Origin: the human T2T-CHM13v2.0 reference genome, Homo sapiens
Length of the DNA: 64,000 nucleotides
Strand: one strand, 5' to 3'
NCBI RefSeq assembly: GCF_009914755.1
Contig: NC_060938.1
The notes under the pieces were generated by a model, which did not search any database, was not told the origin of the DNA, and saw only the letters and a list, made by a program, of their open reading frames with translations. Position 1 is the stretch's first letter; each line of letters opens with the position of its first letter. This document shows positions 40,661 through 53,142 of this stretch, piece by piece. The position numbers were made by a program, and so were the translations under genes.

Positions 40661-42145
40661 TTAGAGGCTGGTATCCCCAGCTTCGGATTTAGGCTGTTTG
40701 GTCACTGCCGTCACCGGCTCTGGTGGTCCCTCTCGGCAGAAAAGTACAACTGGATTTTTGCGGGCCCACATGGCCACGTCCCCTGCCACTCCGCTGGCCG
40801 GGTTGGAAGAGGACATCCTGTTGCAGGCCCCCAGCCGGTTGGCATAGCGGTTTCGAAGGCGACTGCGGCTTCTGGCTTGCAGACCCGGGCCCTGGCTGGG
40901 CAGGAAAGCGTCCACATTCCTAGTCCGGTAGCCCTCCTCGCGGTTGCGCCCTAGGAGCATCGAAATGTTGGGATTGCGGATGGCGTAGATGACAGGGTTG
41001 ATGGCCCCATTGGCCCAGGTCAGCCAGACGGCCACCACGCTGAGGAGCGAGGGGGCCTGCATGGTCTGGGCCTGCCGGGCGGCGGCCAGCAGCACCAGGA
41101 AGCAGTAGGGCCCCCAGCAGCAGATGACGAAGACGATCATGATGAGGACGGTGGTGGCCGTGCGCACCTCGCTGAAGAAGCGCAGCACGCGCGCGTAGGT
41201 GTTCACCGGCCGCACGCGCACGTCCGACAGGCGCACCGTCTTGCAGATGTGGTAGTGGCAGAAGCACATGAGCAGGAAGGGCAGCAGGTAGCAGGCCACC
41301 ACCAGCCCCACGCTGAAGGCCGCGCCCAGCTGCGCGGGGTCCGGGGAGGTCCGGTAGAGGCAGCCGTGGAAGCTCTGCGCCGCCGCGAGTTCCCGGGGCG
41401 CCCCGAGCAGCTCCCAGGGCAAGGAGAAGCCCAGGGCCGTCAGCCAGGCGCCCGCCAGCAGCTGCAGCGCGCGGCGGCGGCCGATCTTCTCCCGCGGCGG
41501 CCGCACGATAGCGCAGTAACGGTCCAACGAGATGAGCGCCACGCTGAGCGTGGACACGATGCCGAAGCACGAGCTGAAGAAGCGGCTGGCGGCGCAGAAG
41601 CCGCGCCAGGGCCCCGCGGCGGCGGCAGGCGCCGAACCCCCGGGCGGAGTGAAGAGGTCCAGGAAGGCGGCGGGCAGGCAGAGCAGCGCCGTGAGCAGAT
41701 CCGATAGGGACAGCGACAGGATGAAGGCGTTGGTGACGGTGCGGAGCTGCCGGTGCTTCACAATCACCCCCATCACCGCGCAGTTGCCAAGGCTAGACAG
41801 CAGGAAGATGAGCAGGAGGACGAGCGCCTGGGCCGCCACTGCAGCTCCGTGCGACAGCAGCGGCGCCGCCTCCGGGCCTAGCGGCCGCCTCACCGCCGCC
41901 CCCGCCTCCCGCGCTGCCCCGGACCCGCCAAGGCCGCCGCCACCGGGAGCGGCAGCTGTGCCGCCTCCGCTTGCGTCGCTCAGGTTCCCCAGCGCCGCGG
42001 TCGCCACGGTGCTGAAGGAGAGCACGGCCGCCGTGGCCGCTGAGGAAGTCCCGCCAGGTGGGCCGGCCGCGGAGGGGGCGCCGGAGTGCTGGCTGCCCAG
42101 TAAGGCCATGCTCGCTGGTGGGCGGGGCGGCGGCGGCTCCTCCAT
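40661..42145 (-). CDS. GPR135: Orphan class A G protein-coupled receptor 135, intronless, 494 aa
   Basis: Seven hydrophobic segments; GN in TM1, LSLSD in TM2, DRY, CWGP (CWxP) and NPVIY (NPxxY); Ala/Gly-rich N-terminus with an NLS glycosylation sequon. Sequence recognised as GPR135. Confidence 0.97.
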   Translation of the reverse strand: MEEPPPPRPPASMALLGSQHSGAPSAAGPPGGTSSAATAAVLSFSTVATAALGNLSDASGGGTAAAPGGGGLGGSGAAREAGAAVRRPLGPEAAPLLSHGAAVAAQALVLLLIFLLSSLGNCAVMGVIVKHRQLRTVTNAFILSLSLSDLLTALLCLPAAFLDLFTPPGGSAPAAAAGPWRGFCAASRFFSSCFGIVSTLSVALISLDRYCAIVRPPREKIGRRRALQLLAGAWLTALGFSLPWELLGAPRELAAAQSFHGCLYRTSPDPAQLGAAFSVGLVVACYLLPFLLMCFCHYHICKTVRLSDVRVRPVNTYARVLRFFSEVRTATTVLIMIVFVICCWGPYCFLVLLAAARQAQTMQAPSLLSVVAVWLTWANGAINPVIYAIRNPNISMLLGRNREEGYRTRNVDAFLPSQGPGLQARSRSRLRNRYANRLGACNRMSSSNPASGVAGDVAMWARKNPVVLFCREGPPEPVTAVTKQPKSEAGDTSL

Positions 42146-42500
42146 GGGGCCCAGTGGCGGCCGCGGATCTCCTCATCCCGCACCGGGGGCGGCGGCCGCT
42201 AGGTCGGAGTGGTGGCTCGGGGCCGGGGGCTAGCGGCCGCCGCGGGGAGCTGGGCTCGGCCGGAGGGGTGGCGGTCGCTGGGGACCTGGCGGAGCCTTTG
42301 ACGTGGGTTCCAGCGTTGCCGAGGGAACCGCGTGTTTACGCAGGAGCGCGGGGCGGGACGGCAGCCCAGTACCCGCTGCAAAGCCGACCCGCGACACCGC
42401 CACTCCGGAGGTTACCGGCCCCGGTGTTCGGGTTTCCGAGAGTGCCAGGTCGACCTCCTGAGGGACCAATGTCCGGCCAGATAAAGTGCCGACTGGCATG
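40690..42500. promoter_or_regulatory. CpG island spanning the GPR135 CDS and promoter
   Basis: Abrupt shift to very high GC and dense CpG compared with the AT-rich flanks. Confidence 0.9.
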
Positions 42501-42723
42501 CAAACAAATGACCAGATTCAACGAAAGTTCACTCTTGCTCTCTTTTGTAGGGTACAAATGTTCTACAGGCAGGCCTTTTGGGGAGTGGTGGGGGGGGCAC
42601 TCTGCTTCCTGTGGGTGCTTTTGGTATATACAGGTAGGAAAGGAATCTAGAAAGTGAAGTGAAAGAAAAATCCAGAAGTCTACATCCAGACATCTTAAAC
42701 TTGAGAAGCAGACTAATTTAAAC

Positions 42724-43860
42724 CAGTAATTCTCAAACTTGAGCTAACAGAATTCACATAGAGGGCGTGTTAAAATACAAGTGACGAGGTCTGAACCCCA
42801 GCGTTTCGAATATGTCTGGGGAAGTACCCAAGAATTTGTATCTCTAACGGGTTCGCGGGTGGTGATGATGATGCTGGTCCCAGGACCACACTTACAGAAG
42901 CACTGATGTCAAGAGTTTCATAAAGTGCAGATTCCCAGGCTGACAGAATTACTAAGGATGGGCCCATGACTCTAAACCCCGTAGGTGATTCTGATACAGG
43001 TGCTCTGAGGAGCTAGGATAGTTCCTTTAGATGTTACTTCATTTCCAAGGGCCTGGACCTCAGGCCCCTACTGGCTGATAAATGGGGGGAGAGGGATTGG
43101 TGCCTTGCCCTGCTAGCAGCCTTCATCTGTTCTCAGGAATGGGGTATGTTTTGAGTCTAAGGTGCTGCCAGCCTGGCAATCACCACAGATGCAGCTCCAG
43201 GTACCTGGCTGGGAGATACGGGGAAAAGAAAGGCAGGGCTACCCAGGGAAGTTGCATCTCAAGTTTCTGGGCATGGCCTCTAATGGGGAAAAGTGTGATA
43301 AACCCTCAGGTTAACTAACCCTGGGCTCTTCGCTAAAGCAGTGGTTCACAGAGTATGGACATTGGACCAGCAGCATCAACATCCCCTGGAAACCTTGAGA
43401 AATACAAATTATCAGGCCTACAGTGCATAGGATACCCCTGATCTACTGAAACTCCTGTGGTGGGGCCCAGGCACCTATGTTTTAACAAGCCCTCCCAGTG
43501 ATTCTGATGCACAAATTTGAGAAACACTGCTCTAAAGAATGACTAGTATATTTGTAGATCTTAGAATCAATGGTATTAGTATTGGAGTGCTTATTTCATT
43601 CAGAAAAAATATCCTACAGGAAATTTACAGTATAAATAGAAGAACGTTTAAGGTGGCAAACCAAAACTGGGTTTCTCAGCCTAAGCGTCATGGACTTTTG
43701 GGCCAGATAATTCTTTATTGCAGGGGCCATCTATACATTGTACGATGTTCAGCAGCATCCCTAGTTCCTACCTACGAGATGCCAGTAGCACCTCTCCCAG
43801 CTGTGACAACTAAAACTGTCTTCAGATATTGCCAAATATCCTCTTGGGAGCAGTCAATGC
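42724..43860. mobile_element. Cluster of hAT-family MITE relics (MER5-like at about 42724-42905 and 43338-43530; MER20-like at about 43665-43850)
   Basis: CAGTAATTCTCAAACTT, CAGTGGTTC...TTTGAGAAACACTG termini; TTTTGGGCCAGATAATTCTTT...TTCAGATATTGCCAAATATCC. Confidence 0.7.
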
Positions 43861-45038
43861 CAGCTTAATCTAGACTGATTTTGTCTTAATTTTGTCAATC
43901 AAAGCAAAAATATAATTATCATACATTAATTTATTTGGCAAACACAATCTTCTCAGATTGTGCTTAGTTTTAGGAAACAACATATAAGATAGGAAACCCA
44001 GCCCAAATAAGCTTAAGCCACCGGCCAACACAGTATATTACAGTGTGCTAAATATTGTCTTAAAAATATGTCAGTGAAATTATTTGGAGGTGACTAACTC
44101 TTCCTGACAAAGACTTTGTACAAGAGGTGACATTAGACTTTTTAAAAAAAGAAGAAAGGGAAAGAACATTTGATGAATGTGCAAAGTCTGGAGGTTAGTG
44201 TTGAAGTGAGCAGTGTCTGAATTCTAGGATATTGGAGATGGGGAGTGAAGAAGGAAATAAATGATCAAAGTTTATTGGGGCTACCTTATGATGGGCCTTG
44301 TAGGCCATGCTCTGGAGACTGAACTTCATCAGGGGAGGAGGGGCTAATAGCATAAGGGAGGGCCGTGAGCAAGTGCATGGTTCAGAAGGACCAGAAGGAC
44401 TGCACTCTTCTGCTTCCTTCCTTCCTCATCTTTCTCAGTGTCCTCTCCTCTGCCAGTTCATCCTCTTCCACCTGCCTTTACATGCTGGAGTTCATCAAAG
44501 CCCTGTTCTCAGCTCCTCTGGACTCCCCCCTCGGCCCCATCTCACTCACATCCAGGACTTCAAAGATAATCTATATATTCATTACTCAAATTATGTCTGT
44601 GGCCCCAACCTACATGTCCTGCTACTTGGCATCTCTCTCCTTGATGTGCCAGTGGCACATCAAATGGGTGCATGATCTTCTTCCTACTTCCCCGGTAAAA
44701 CTTGGTCTTCAATACTCTGTATCTCAGAATATGGTAGAACCATCCTTCTAGCTTTTAAGCCAAAAACTTAAGAGTTTTCCTTGATGAATCCCTCCTCCTT
44801 ACCACCAGTCCACATCCAATTCATCAACCAAGACCTATGGATTTTAGTTGCGGACTATCTTTGCATCCATTCATCTCCTCCATCCTGAATCTTGGCTCTC
44901 ATCCTCTCTTTGGACTACTGTTGTCACTGTTGTCCTAACCGGTCTTCCCACATCCAGTTCCTACATTGTAGGCAGCTAGGCATAATGCTCTTAAAAAAAA
45001 TTCTTCATGCCACTTACTTATTTAAACTCTTCTAATTA

Positions 45039-45166
45039 GGCCAGTGTAGTGGCATGTGCCTGTAGTCCCAGGTACTTAGGAAGCTGAGGAGGGAGGATCG
45101 TATGAGCCCAGTAGTTACAGGCCAGCCTGGGCAACATAGTGAGACCATGTCTCTTTTAAAAAAAAT
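45039..45166 (+). mobile_element. FLAM Alu monomer within an L2 remnant
   Basis: GGCCAGTGTAGTGGCATGTGCCTGTAGTCCCAG...GCCTGGGCAACATAGTGAGACC. Confidence 0.8.
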
Positions 45167-46204
45167 CCTATTGGCTTTCCCCATTTATTTTAGAATAAGG
45201 ACCCCAATCCTTAATGTTTCCTACAAGGCACTGCATGATTTGACCCTGCTTCCTCTCTAGTCTCATTCGGTACCACTTTCCTTCTTTTTTCTGTGTTCCT
45301 GCCACACTTGGCTTTTATGACTTCCTTAAACCTTCCATCTTAGGGTGTTTGCACTTGCTATCCCCTCTGCCTGGAAAGCTCCATCTTCTTCTTCCCTTCC
45401 CTAGCATCCCCATCTTCGCGTTAAGGTTAGTCCATGGGGGAAGCCTCCCTTGACTGATACCGTCCTTTCCCCACGTATTGGGCCATGTTCCCCTGTTAGT
45501 TTCACAGCACTCTGTATTTTCCATTGTAGCACATAACCATGGTCTATAATTTTTTGCATGATTATCTAAGCATTACCTGCCTCCCACTCTATACTATATG
45601 AGGACCTAAACCTTGCCTGTTTATTTTATGAGATCCCCAGCACTTAGCACTCTAACAAACTGCTATACAAATGCCAACATACAAAAAAATATTTTTTGAG
45701 TAACTGTAAGAGGAGAATCTGGAATTTAGGAGACCACTTAAGGAGAGGCATTCTAACAGTCCAGGTGAAAAGTGAGAGTCTGAAGTGGACCTTTGCAGTG
45801 AAGAAGGAGAGGTCATGTATAGATTAGGGTAGGTAGTATATGGATTAGGATTCTCTGGGCGTAAGTAACACATGAGGACACTGGTTCACATAAGCAATAT
45901 AGGAATTTACTGGAAGGACAGGGGAAGTTCCATTTACAAAAGGACAGTCTAACAGCAGCTCCAAGAAGAAGAGAAGTCAGAGCAGTCCTGTGGGTAGGGA
46001 GAGCAGAAACTGATGGGAGTGATCTCTTTAGGCCACCATTGGAACAGATCAACTTCAGTTTTCAGACCTTATGTCATTTCTCAAGATCTCAGGTCTGGGG
46101 GAGAAAGTCTTGACTGGTGTACCAGTTTCCCAGCAGTCCTAGCAAGACTACATGCAGGTAGTTTCCCAAAGAAAAAGGAGAATGCTGTTGATAAAAGAAG
46201 GGGA

Positions 46205-46514
46205 GGCCAGGCGCGGTGGCTCATGCCTGTAATCCCAGCACTTTGGGAGGCCAAGGTGGGTGAATCACGAGATCAGGAGTTCAAGGCCAGCCTGGCCAAC
46301 AGGGTGAAATCCCGTCTCTACTAAAAATACAAAAAAATTAGCTGAACGTAGTGGCAGGCACCTGTAATCCCAGCTACTCAGGAGGCTGAGGCAGGAGAAT
46401 CGCTTGAACCCGGGAAGCAGAGGTTGCAGTGAGCCAAGATCATGCCAACTGCACTCTCGCCCTGGCGACAGAGTGAGACTCCATCTCATTAAAAAAAAAA
46501 AAAAAAAAAAAAAA
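46205..46514 (+). mobile_element. AluS
   Basis: Full dimer with poly-A tail; TSD TAAAAGAAGGGGA. Confidence 0.93.
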
Positions 46515-49500
46515 GGTTGGGGGGTAAAAGAAGGGGAAAGGCATGATGGCTGGAGAAATCCACAGCTATCCACCTCAGGAGCATCAACAAAGAGGACAAA
46601 GATTGTGAATAGGAGCCAAGGGTCAATCCCAAGTCCCTAGCTTGGTGGATGGCGGTGCCATTAATCAAGTTAGGAAATATGGGAAGAGGGCCACAGTCTA
46701 GGGGGAAAATGATCTTGGTTGTCCTCTAAGTACTGAATCTACAGTATGGCCTTAGACCTCAGAAATTAGGGATGTGGATGTGGTTAGTCTCTCTACAAGA
46801 GGGAAAACCATGGGAATGAATGTGACAATTTAAGGACAGAGTAGTCAGGGAAGAAAGAAAAGGACCATGGATGGAATGCTAGGGAGTAATAAAAGTTAAG
46901 AAGCAGATAAAGAAAGCAAAGCTAGGCAGGTGAATGATACAGTTAATGAGGCACAATGGTCTATTGAGAAATCAGCTGTTTTATGTTTTTGGTTTTCAGA
47001 AAAGAAGGTAAGGCAATTTTCCCAGCCTTTTATGAGGAACGTACTTGTGAGCGCTATCCTTTACCTCCAGGTGGAGAGCTAACAGGCTTTTCATGTGTTT
47101 CAGAGCTTAGAGGAGAAGTTGCCAGCCAGGATTACCCAAACAGGTAATTAAAATAGGCTCATCCAAAAGTTTGCTACTCACAGTACTCCAACCAGCAACA
47201 TTAGCATCGCCTGAGAGCTTGTTAGAAATGCCCCACCCCGTGTCTGATGAATGAGAATCTAAGATTCCCAGGTGATTCACATGCACATTGAAGTATGAAG
47301 AACAGTGTCCTAAAGAGAGGTAGTATGCTATCTGTGTCTTTCAGGATTGAAGAGAAGGGTGACCTAACTCTTACTGAGTCTGGAGGACTTGGAGCAAAGT
47401 GCATTGTGAGTTCATGATGAAGAGGAGATGGGCCTGGGCCCATACAATTGCAGCACTTTGGCGGGCACTAATGGGGACTGGGTACTAACCTCATAAGCCT
47501 AACTGAGTGGTTCTGTGGGTGAGCTCAGCACCAAGGGACTAGAGTTGCCTGTTCTAAAATGGACCACACCTACCTGCAGGGAGCAAGCAGCGGGGGCCAC
47601 CATGGATTGCATAAACCATAAGACCTGGCAATTAGGTAAAGTTTCTAATGAGTAATGAGGTAGAAGCCAGATTGCAGTAGTTGAATAGCAAAATGGAAGG
47701 TGAGAAAATGTTCCCAATGAGGAGACAGTAAGGAATCTAGAAGCTTAAATACCAAGGGAAGGAGTTAGCAGTGACAGCCATCCACAGAAGGAAGGAGGGA
47801 CAGGGATGTTTGTTTCATTTTGTTTACAATTAGCACATTTAAATACTTAAGAGAAGGAACCAGTGTGGGGGTGGCTGGGGGCGGGGGGGGGGGGAGGGCA
47901 GGAGACTGGAGACACCTGAAAAAGGTTAATTGATGAGGCAAGACCCTCACTGAGATGGGAAGGGATAGATGTGAGCAGTATTGAGAAGGCAGAATCAACA
48001 GGGCTTTGTGACTGACTAGACATGTGGAGGTCAGAGGAGGAGGAGTTGATTTCCCTAATGTTTTTTAGTTCAAGGGAACCAGGGTGAAGTACAGCAGGAA
48101 TGAACACTATTGCAAGAGTTCAGCTCTGGTTTGGATTGAAATTTAGGAAGACTTAGGTAATAGCTATTGTTTAATGTTCAAGAAATATAACATTCTTATT
48201 AAAGTACTATATCCTAGACCAAGTTATGGCCATCCTATCTTAGAACTGGAGGAAGTGTTGTAGGAAAATACTAGACTTGGAGTCGGAACTCCTAGATTTG
48301 CAGCCTCTAAATGACCTTAGGAGAGTTATTTAACATGTTCGACTTGCATCTCCCTTAAATGTATAAATGGGATAAAAACAGTGGCATACCACGGGTAGGG
48401 CAGGAATAGTTTCCCCTGGTGGAGTTGATAAAGGGGTGTGCTGTCTTTAGAGAATTTTAGAACAATAATAAAATCAACTAAAAGTCTTTTTAAAAATTAT
48501 CACCAAATGCTGACAATTCTAAATGAGGTCAGTGAGTAAAACTACCCCCTACCCTGATGGCCATGGAATCATGCATTTCTGAATGTACTTCAGTATGTAC
48601 CTGATAGATTATAAAATGCTACAAAATGTAATTTTTAAACAATTTCCTTCAAATTCATGTGACTTGTGAGATTTGGAGGGAAAATACTGGTTCTGTTTTT
48701 ATTTTTTTTAAAAAGTATAGCAAATCTGATCTGCAAAAATTATTTGGTCATATTGTTAGTGATGTCATTTTTTTTTGAGATAAGTGACTTATTTACCACA
48801 GAATTCTGTGGAGAATGAGTGAAAAACATCCTGTTTTTGTGTAACAGAGAAATAAACATTAACATGATAGCTTTCCTTTTGTTCAGGTAATTAAATCACA
48901 GACCTAATAATAAGGCCTATACAGACTCTCTGGGTGATAAAGCCTGTTAAATGAATTAATTACTTCAGTTTCTGGATGCTCCAAAATAAAATACTATTAC
49001 CTATCTCACAAAAGACTCTACTGAATTCTCAGGGAGCGTCACATCTTAGAATATTTTAATGCTTCAGCTATTTTTAACAGGCTCATAGGAAGTATTAACT
49101 AGAAGGAATGCCAATAGTAAGCATTTATTTCATGTTTTAAATCTACCTAGCATGCAGCTGATAGAGTATGAGACTCATTCCATTGTAAGGATTCACTGCT
49201 TAATTTCTACTGTATATCTGTATTTTAATAATGCAATAAGCAACCCCTTTTATAAAAGCCCTGAAGATATAGCAAAAGTCTGATTACTAGTTGGTCTTCT
49301 CAGCATCAGTCTCTGATACTTCAGTACCTGTGGATGTAGAAGCTGGGCTTTGTGCCACAGAGAACACCCTGGCAGCAGCTATAACAAAGAAGCTGACTCC
49401 AGCCCCATCCTTCCCAGGCTGTTGTGCTAAGTGTTGAGTACTTTATAATAATCCATCTCCTTTACATGCTGCTTATAGAGAGGGCATTATTCTACTCAAA

Positions 49501-49630
49501 AAAATGGAAGACAAAAATAATGAGCTTGTAAAGTTCAGTTAAATTCCACATATTATTCGAAGAGCCTTTAATACAAAATATGATATTAATAGTAATTACT
49601 ATAGAGCAATATTTTAAAAGTAACTACTGT

Positions 49631-49811
49631 TTTAATTTTACCTGATACGTTAATCACTAGAAAAAGACTCTGAATTTCTGGCATTTTGTATGCTAGACAT
49701 AAGTGATATTTATACAAATACAGTTGCAAATACGAGGTATAATGACTTTATATTTAGCCACAGGGTAGTATTTTACAAAGAATGAGAGTTAGTTTATATG
49801 TATAATTTATT
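49631..49811 (-). terminator. Candidate L3HYPDH polyadenylation signals (AATAAA at 49811-49806; ATTAAA at 49636-49631)
   Basis: Hexamers read on the minus strand about 80 and 260 nt past the stop codon; which one is used cannot be determined from sequence. Confidence 0.45.
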
Positions 49812-49892
49812 TGTTTTCATATAATTTAGAGAAAACAGTCCTTAAGGATAATGATTACTTTAAAAAGAAAGCCCTTAAAATCATGGAAGAAG

Positions 49893-50018
49893 TCACTTGA
49901 GAAGAAATCCATCCCTCAATGGGTCGTCATCTTCTACTATAAAGCTTGCTGTACCCGTGTAATGGGCTTGTCCTGATACTTCCACTATAACAGCTTTAAA
50001 ATCACCACATTTCGCTTC
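49893..50018 (-). CDS. L3HYPDH: L3HYPDH coding exon 5 (aa 314-354 and stop)
   Basis: Acceptor TTTTTTCAG; EAKCGDFKAVIVEVSGQAHYTGTASFIVEDDDPLRDGFLLK*. DDPLxxGF is the proline-racemase-family C-terminal motif. Confidence 0.95.
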   Translation of the reverse strand, partial: EAKCGDFKAVIVEVSGQAHYTGTASFIVEDDDPLRDGFLLK

Positions 50019-51051
50019 CTGAAAAAAGATGAAGGGAGTATACTATCAAAATATTGCACTCGTATTATATCTGGCTTGAAAACTGTACTCTTGACTTTTA
50101 TCATGTGAAGGAAAGGCCAAGGGTTAATCCTATGGGCCAGGGAAGGTTTTTAAGGAGAATGACATGGTCAGACTTGTGTTTTAGATAACTGTAGCTGTAA
50201 AGTGGGGATCAAACTGGAGAAGAGAGAGACAAGAGACCCAGAAACATGTTAAGAGATAACCTCAATTCACTGAATGATTGATTCCAGAGTCACTATGGGA
50301 GTTTTCAGTGAAGATGGAGAAGGGGAATATATACTAACATAGAGATAGTTTGGAGGTAGAACTGATAGGCCTCTTGATCAATGCATGTGGGAATTGAGGA
50401 CTAGCAATAAGTTAATTATAACCATAGTTTCTAGCTTGGAAATGATGCTAGTGATGCCATTAAACACAATGGGGAGAGAAAGGAAGAGCACATTTGAGAA
50501 AGGAAGAAAGGAAGAACTTTTTAACAAGGTGAGTTTGAGACACCTCTGGGACAGTCATTTAGAGATGAGTATAATAAACAGTTGGGATTAAGAGCGTTAT
50601 ATTCAGAAAGACATACAGGGTAGGTAGTCAGGGCAGGGATAAACATTTGGGAGTCATCATCAGTAGATGGTTGAGAACTGAAGCCTAGGAAGTGGATGAA
50701 ATTGCCCAGCAGCATCAAACTGTAGAAGAGATGAGAAGGAAGGTGGGGATGAAGTGACGGTAACATCTAAATGGAAGGACAGGGAAAGGAAGCTGCAGCA
50801 GGGGAAGAAACTGAGAAGGTACCATCAGGGAGCCTGGACGGGCCCACACAGACAGGGAGAGAGCATGATGCAAGTGAAGACATTCTGGCAAGCATGATCA
50901 ATAACTATAAAACAAGTAACTGGAAACATTAACTTCAGCATATCTTTTTATGTTCTAATTTTTAAAAGAATAATAACTGAAGCTAAAGGTAAAATGTCAA
51001 ATATTGTTAGGGTATAATACTTTATCTTTTTATATCTTTTTATAAAGCTGC

Positions 51052-51450
51052 TGTAGTGTGACAGGTCCTTCACCAGGTTATGTAAGGGTGTATGTCCACT
51101 GCTTGAACCCTGAAGGCTGGGGGGTAAGCCAAGGGCATGGTGCCCAGCCAAGAAGCAGGTATCCCTGAGAACCCAAATATCCCAGAGAATATCTGGGAAC
51201 ATACCAAGGAAAACAGTCCTATCACACATACACAGTAGGCAAAGAGCCAGAAAATTAGCTTAAAAGCAGCTTAGAGTCAGGAGGCAGGATGGGTCTCCAC
51301 AGTTGTTCAGCTGCTTCCCAGGAGTGCCTTATATGGAAGTTCTAATAAATGCGTCTACTTGCCAACCTGGACTTGTCTGAGTCATTCTTTGGTCTCTCGG
51401 CTCCCTCTCTATTTGGGGGGACATTGCAATCCCAGATTCTTCTCATAACA
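51052..51450 (+). mobile_element. Solo ERV LTR (probably ERVL class) in L3HYPDH intron 4, antisense to the gene
   Basis: TG...CA termini, near-identical 5-bp flanks GCTGC/GCTCC, AATAAA at 51344; subfamily not certain. Confidence 0.7.
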
Positions 51451-52156
51451 GCTCCTATAATATAAAGCCTCATTGACCTTTTGCTTTGTCTGACAGCAAT
51501 ATAATATAATGCTTAACAGCATGTGGTCTGTTCAGAGACCCACCTTCATGACCTGGATCTGCTACTCACTAACTAACCTCTGGTAAATTACCTAACTTCT
51601 CCAATTCTCCGTTTTATCATCTATTGAAAAACGATAATAACAGCACAGTACTGACCTTGTAGGATTCTTGTGAGGATTAAATGAGATGGCATGTATCAAG
51701 TGCTTAGCTTGGAAACTGATGCACAGTGAAGTATCCAATAAATGTATGTTGTTATTTTTATGTTCCATTTCAGATTTTGAAGACAGTGTGTTCCAAATTT
51801 TTGCATACAACATAAATGGTTTCACATGTTTCAGATCACTATATGATGTAGAGATCCTTAAGGAAACTCTAATATTCAGAAACACCAAATCTTAAAAACA
51901 GCTATATTAGGATAGATTGTTTGCTATGTTAAAGGACTCTTTATGAGTAGAATAATTTACTGAATGTAGATCATTCTGTAGTAGATTTCATTTACTACTG
52001 AGATAAGATTCATTACTTAGCTGTTAGCACATTTAAAATTTTATTCCATTACAAAAATTTGATGTTCCACAACTTTTCAGGGCTTTCACATCCTATTATA
52101 TCAAATAAAACACTATTATAAAATAAAACAAAAAAACAAAAAAAAACCCCAAATCC

Positions 52157-52652
52157 TAATGGTTCTCAAACCTTTTGGTCTCAGGACCCTTTTATACCTT
52201 AAGATTTGAGGACCCCAAAGAGTTTTTCTTTATATAAGTTATATCTATCAATATTTACTGTATTAGGAATTGGATATATCTGTTCATTACTTCATTTTAA
52301 AAATAACCCATTATACATTAACATATGAATAACACATTTTTGTGAAAATAACTGTTTGCCAAAACAAAAAAAATTATGAGAAAAGTGGCATTGTTTGATA
52401 TTTTTGCAAACCTGTTTCATGTCTGGCTTAACAGAAGACAACTAGGTTCTCATATCTAGCTTCTGCATTCAATTGGTTGGGTTATCACATATCACATCGT
52501 AGCCTCTGAAGAACCCCACTGTACACTCTTGAGAGAATGAGAGTGAAAAGCAAATAATGTCATTATTATGAACATAGTTTTGACCCTCTGAACCCATGGA
52601 AAGGACCTTAGGGGCCCGCTGGGGCCCCAAGACCACACTGGATAACCAATGT
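52157..52652. mobile_element. Charlie-type hAT DNA transposon relic, internally deleted
   Basis: TGGTTCTCAAACCTTTTGGTCTCAGGACCC...CCCCAAGACCACACTGGATAACC termini. Confidence 0.65.
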
Positions 52653-52796
52653 CCTAGTTGAAAAGAAGTTTTTACAGGCCTGCTTTAAAATTCTCTTCTG
52701 AGAGCTGAGTGAAGAAATTTATCAAACACCCAACTCAGGCCTCTCCAGTCTCATGAGTGACACATTTATAAATAAGAAGCTAAGGGTGCCACTTAC

Positions 52797-52934
52797 CCTC
52801 ACAGCTTTCCCTGTGAATACTGAGCCAGTTGCACTGCTTTTGAAGGCTCTCATCTGGTTCAGTTCCAGAAGCCCTTTGTGATACTGTAAGGCAATTCGGG
52901 CTGTCACTCCTGAGCCAGTGGGACTTCTGTCAAC
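52797..52934 (-). CDS. L3HYPDH: L3HYPDH coding exon 4 (aa 268-313), containing catalytic Thr273
   Basis: AAACAG|VDRSPTGSGVTARIALQYHKGLLELNQMRAFKSSATGSVFTGKAVR|GTAAGT; 138 nt, phase 0. Confidence 0.96.
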
Positions 52935-53019
52935 CTGTTTCAGAATAAATGAAGACAGAATGTTCATAGTGTGTTCCATATTACCTGGCTTTTGTCCCTA
53001 AACATTACAGTTTTAATAC

Positions 53020-53142
53020 CTGTTCATCTGCAAAAACACAAATGTTGGTGGTTGGTTCCTTGGTATAAGCATCTTTTCCATCTGTTAATATAGTTCCATA
53101 TAAAAAGGCAAGGTCTTCACTATCAGGATGATTAATTTTAAA
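53020..53142 (-). CDS. L3HYPDH: L3HYPDH coding exon 3 (aa 227-267)
   Basis: TTGCAG|FKINHPDSEDLAFLYGTILTDGKDAYTKEPTTNICVFADEQ|GTATTA; 123 nt, in frame with exons 2 and 4. Missed by the ORF track. Confidence 0.94.

Noticed and set aside
40661-42145. Calling this the relaxin-3 receptor ('GPCR135')
   Set aside because: That name refers to RXFP3, a different gene; this sequence is the orphan GPR135.
41249-42657. Long plus-strand ORFs (152, 233 and 199 aa) and the 216-aa alternative-frame ORF over GPR135
   Set aside because: Expected from stop-codon scarcity in a very GC-rich CDS; low-complexity products with no recognisable motifs.
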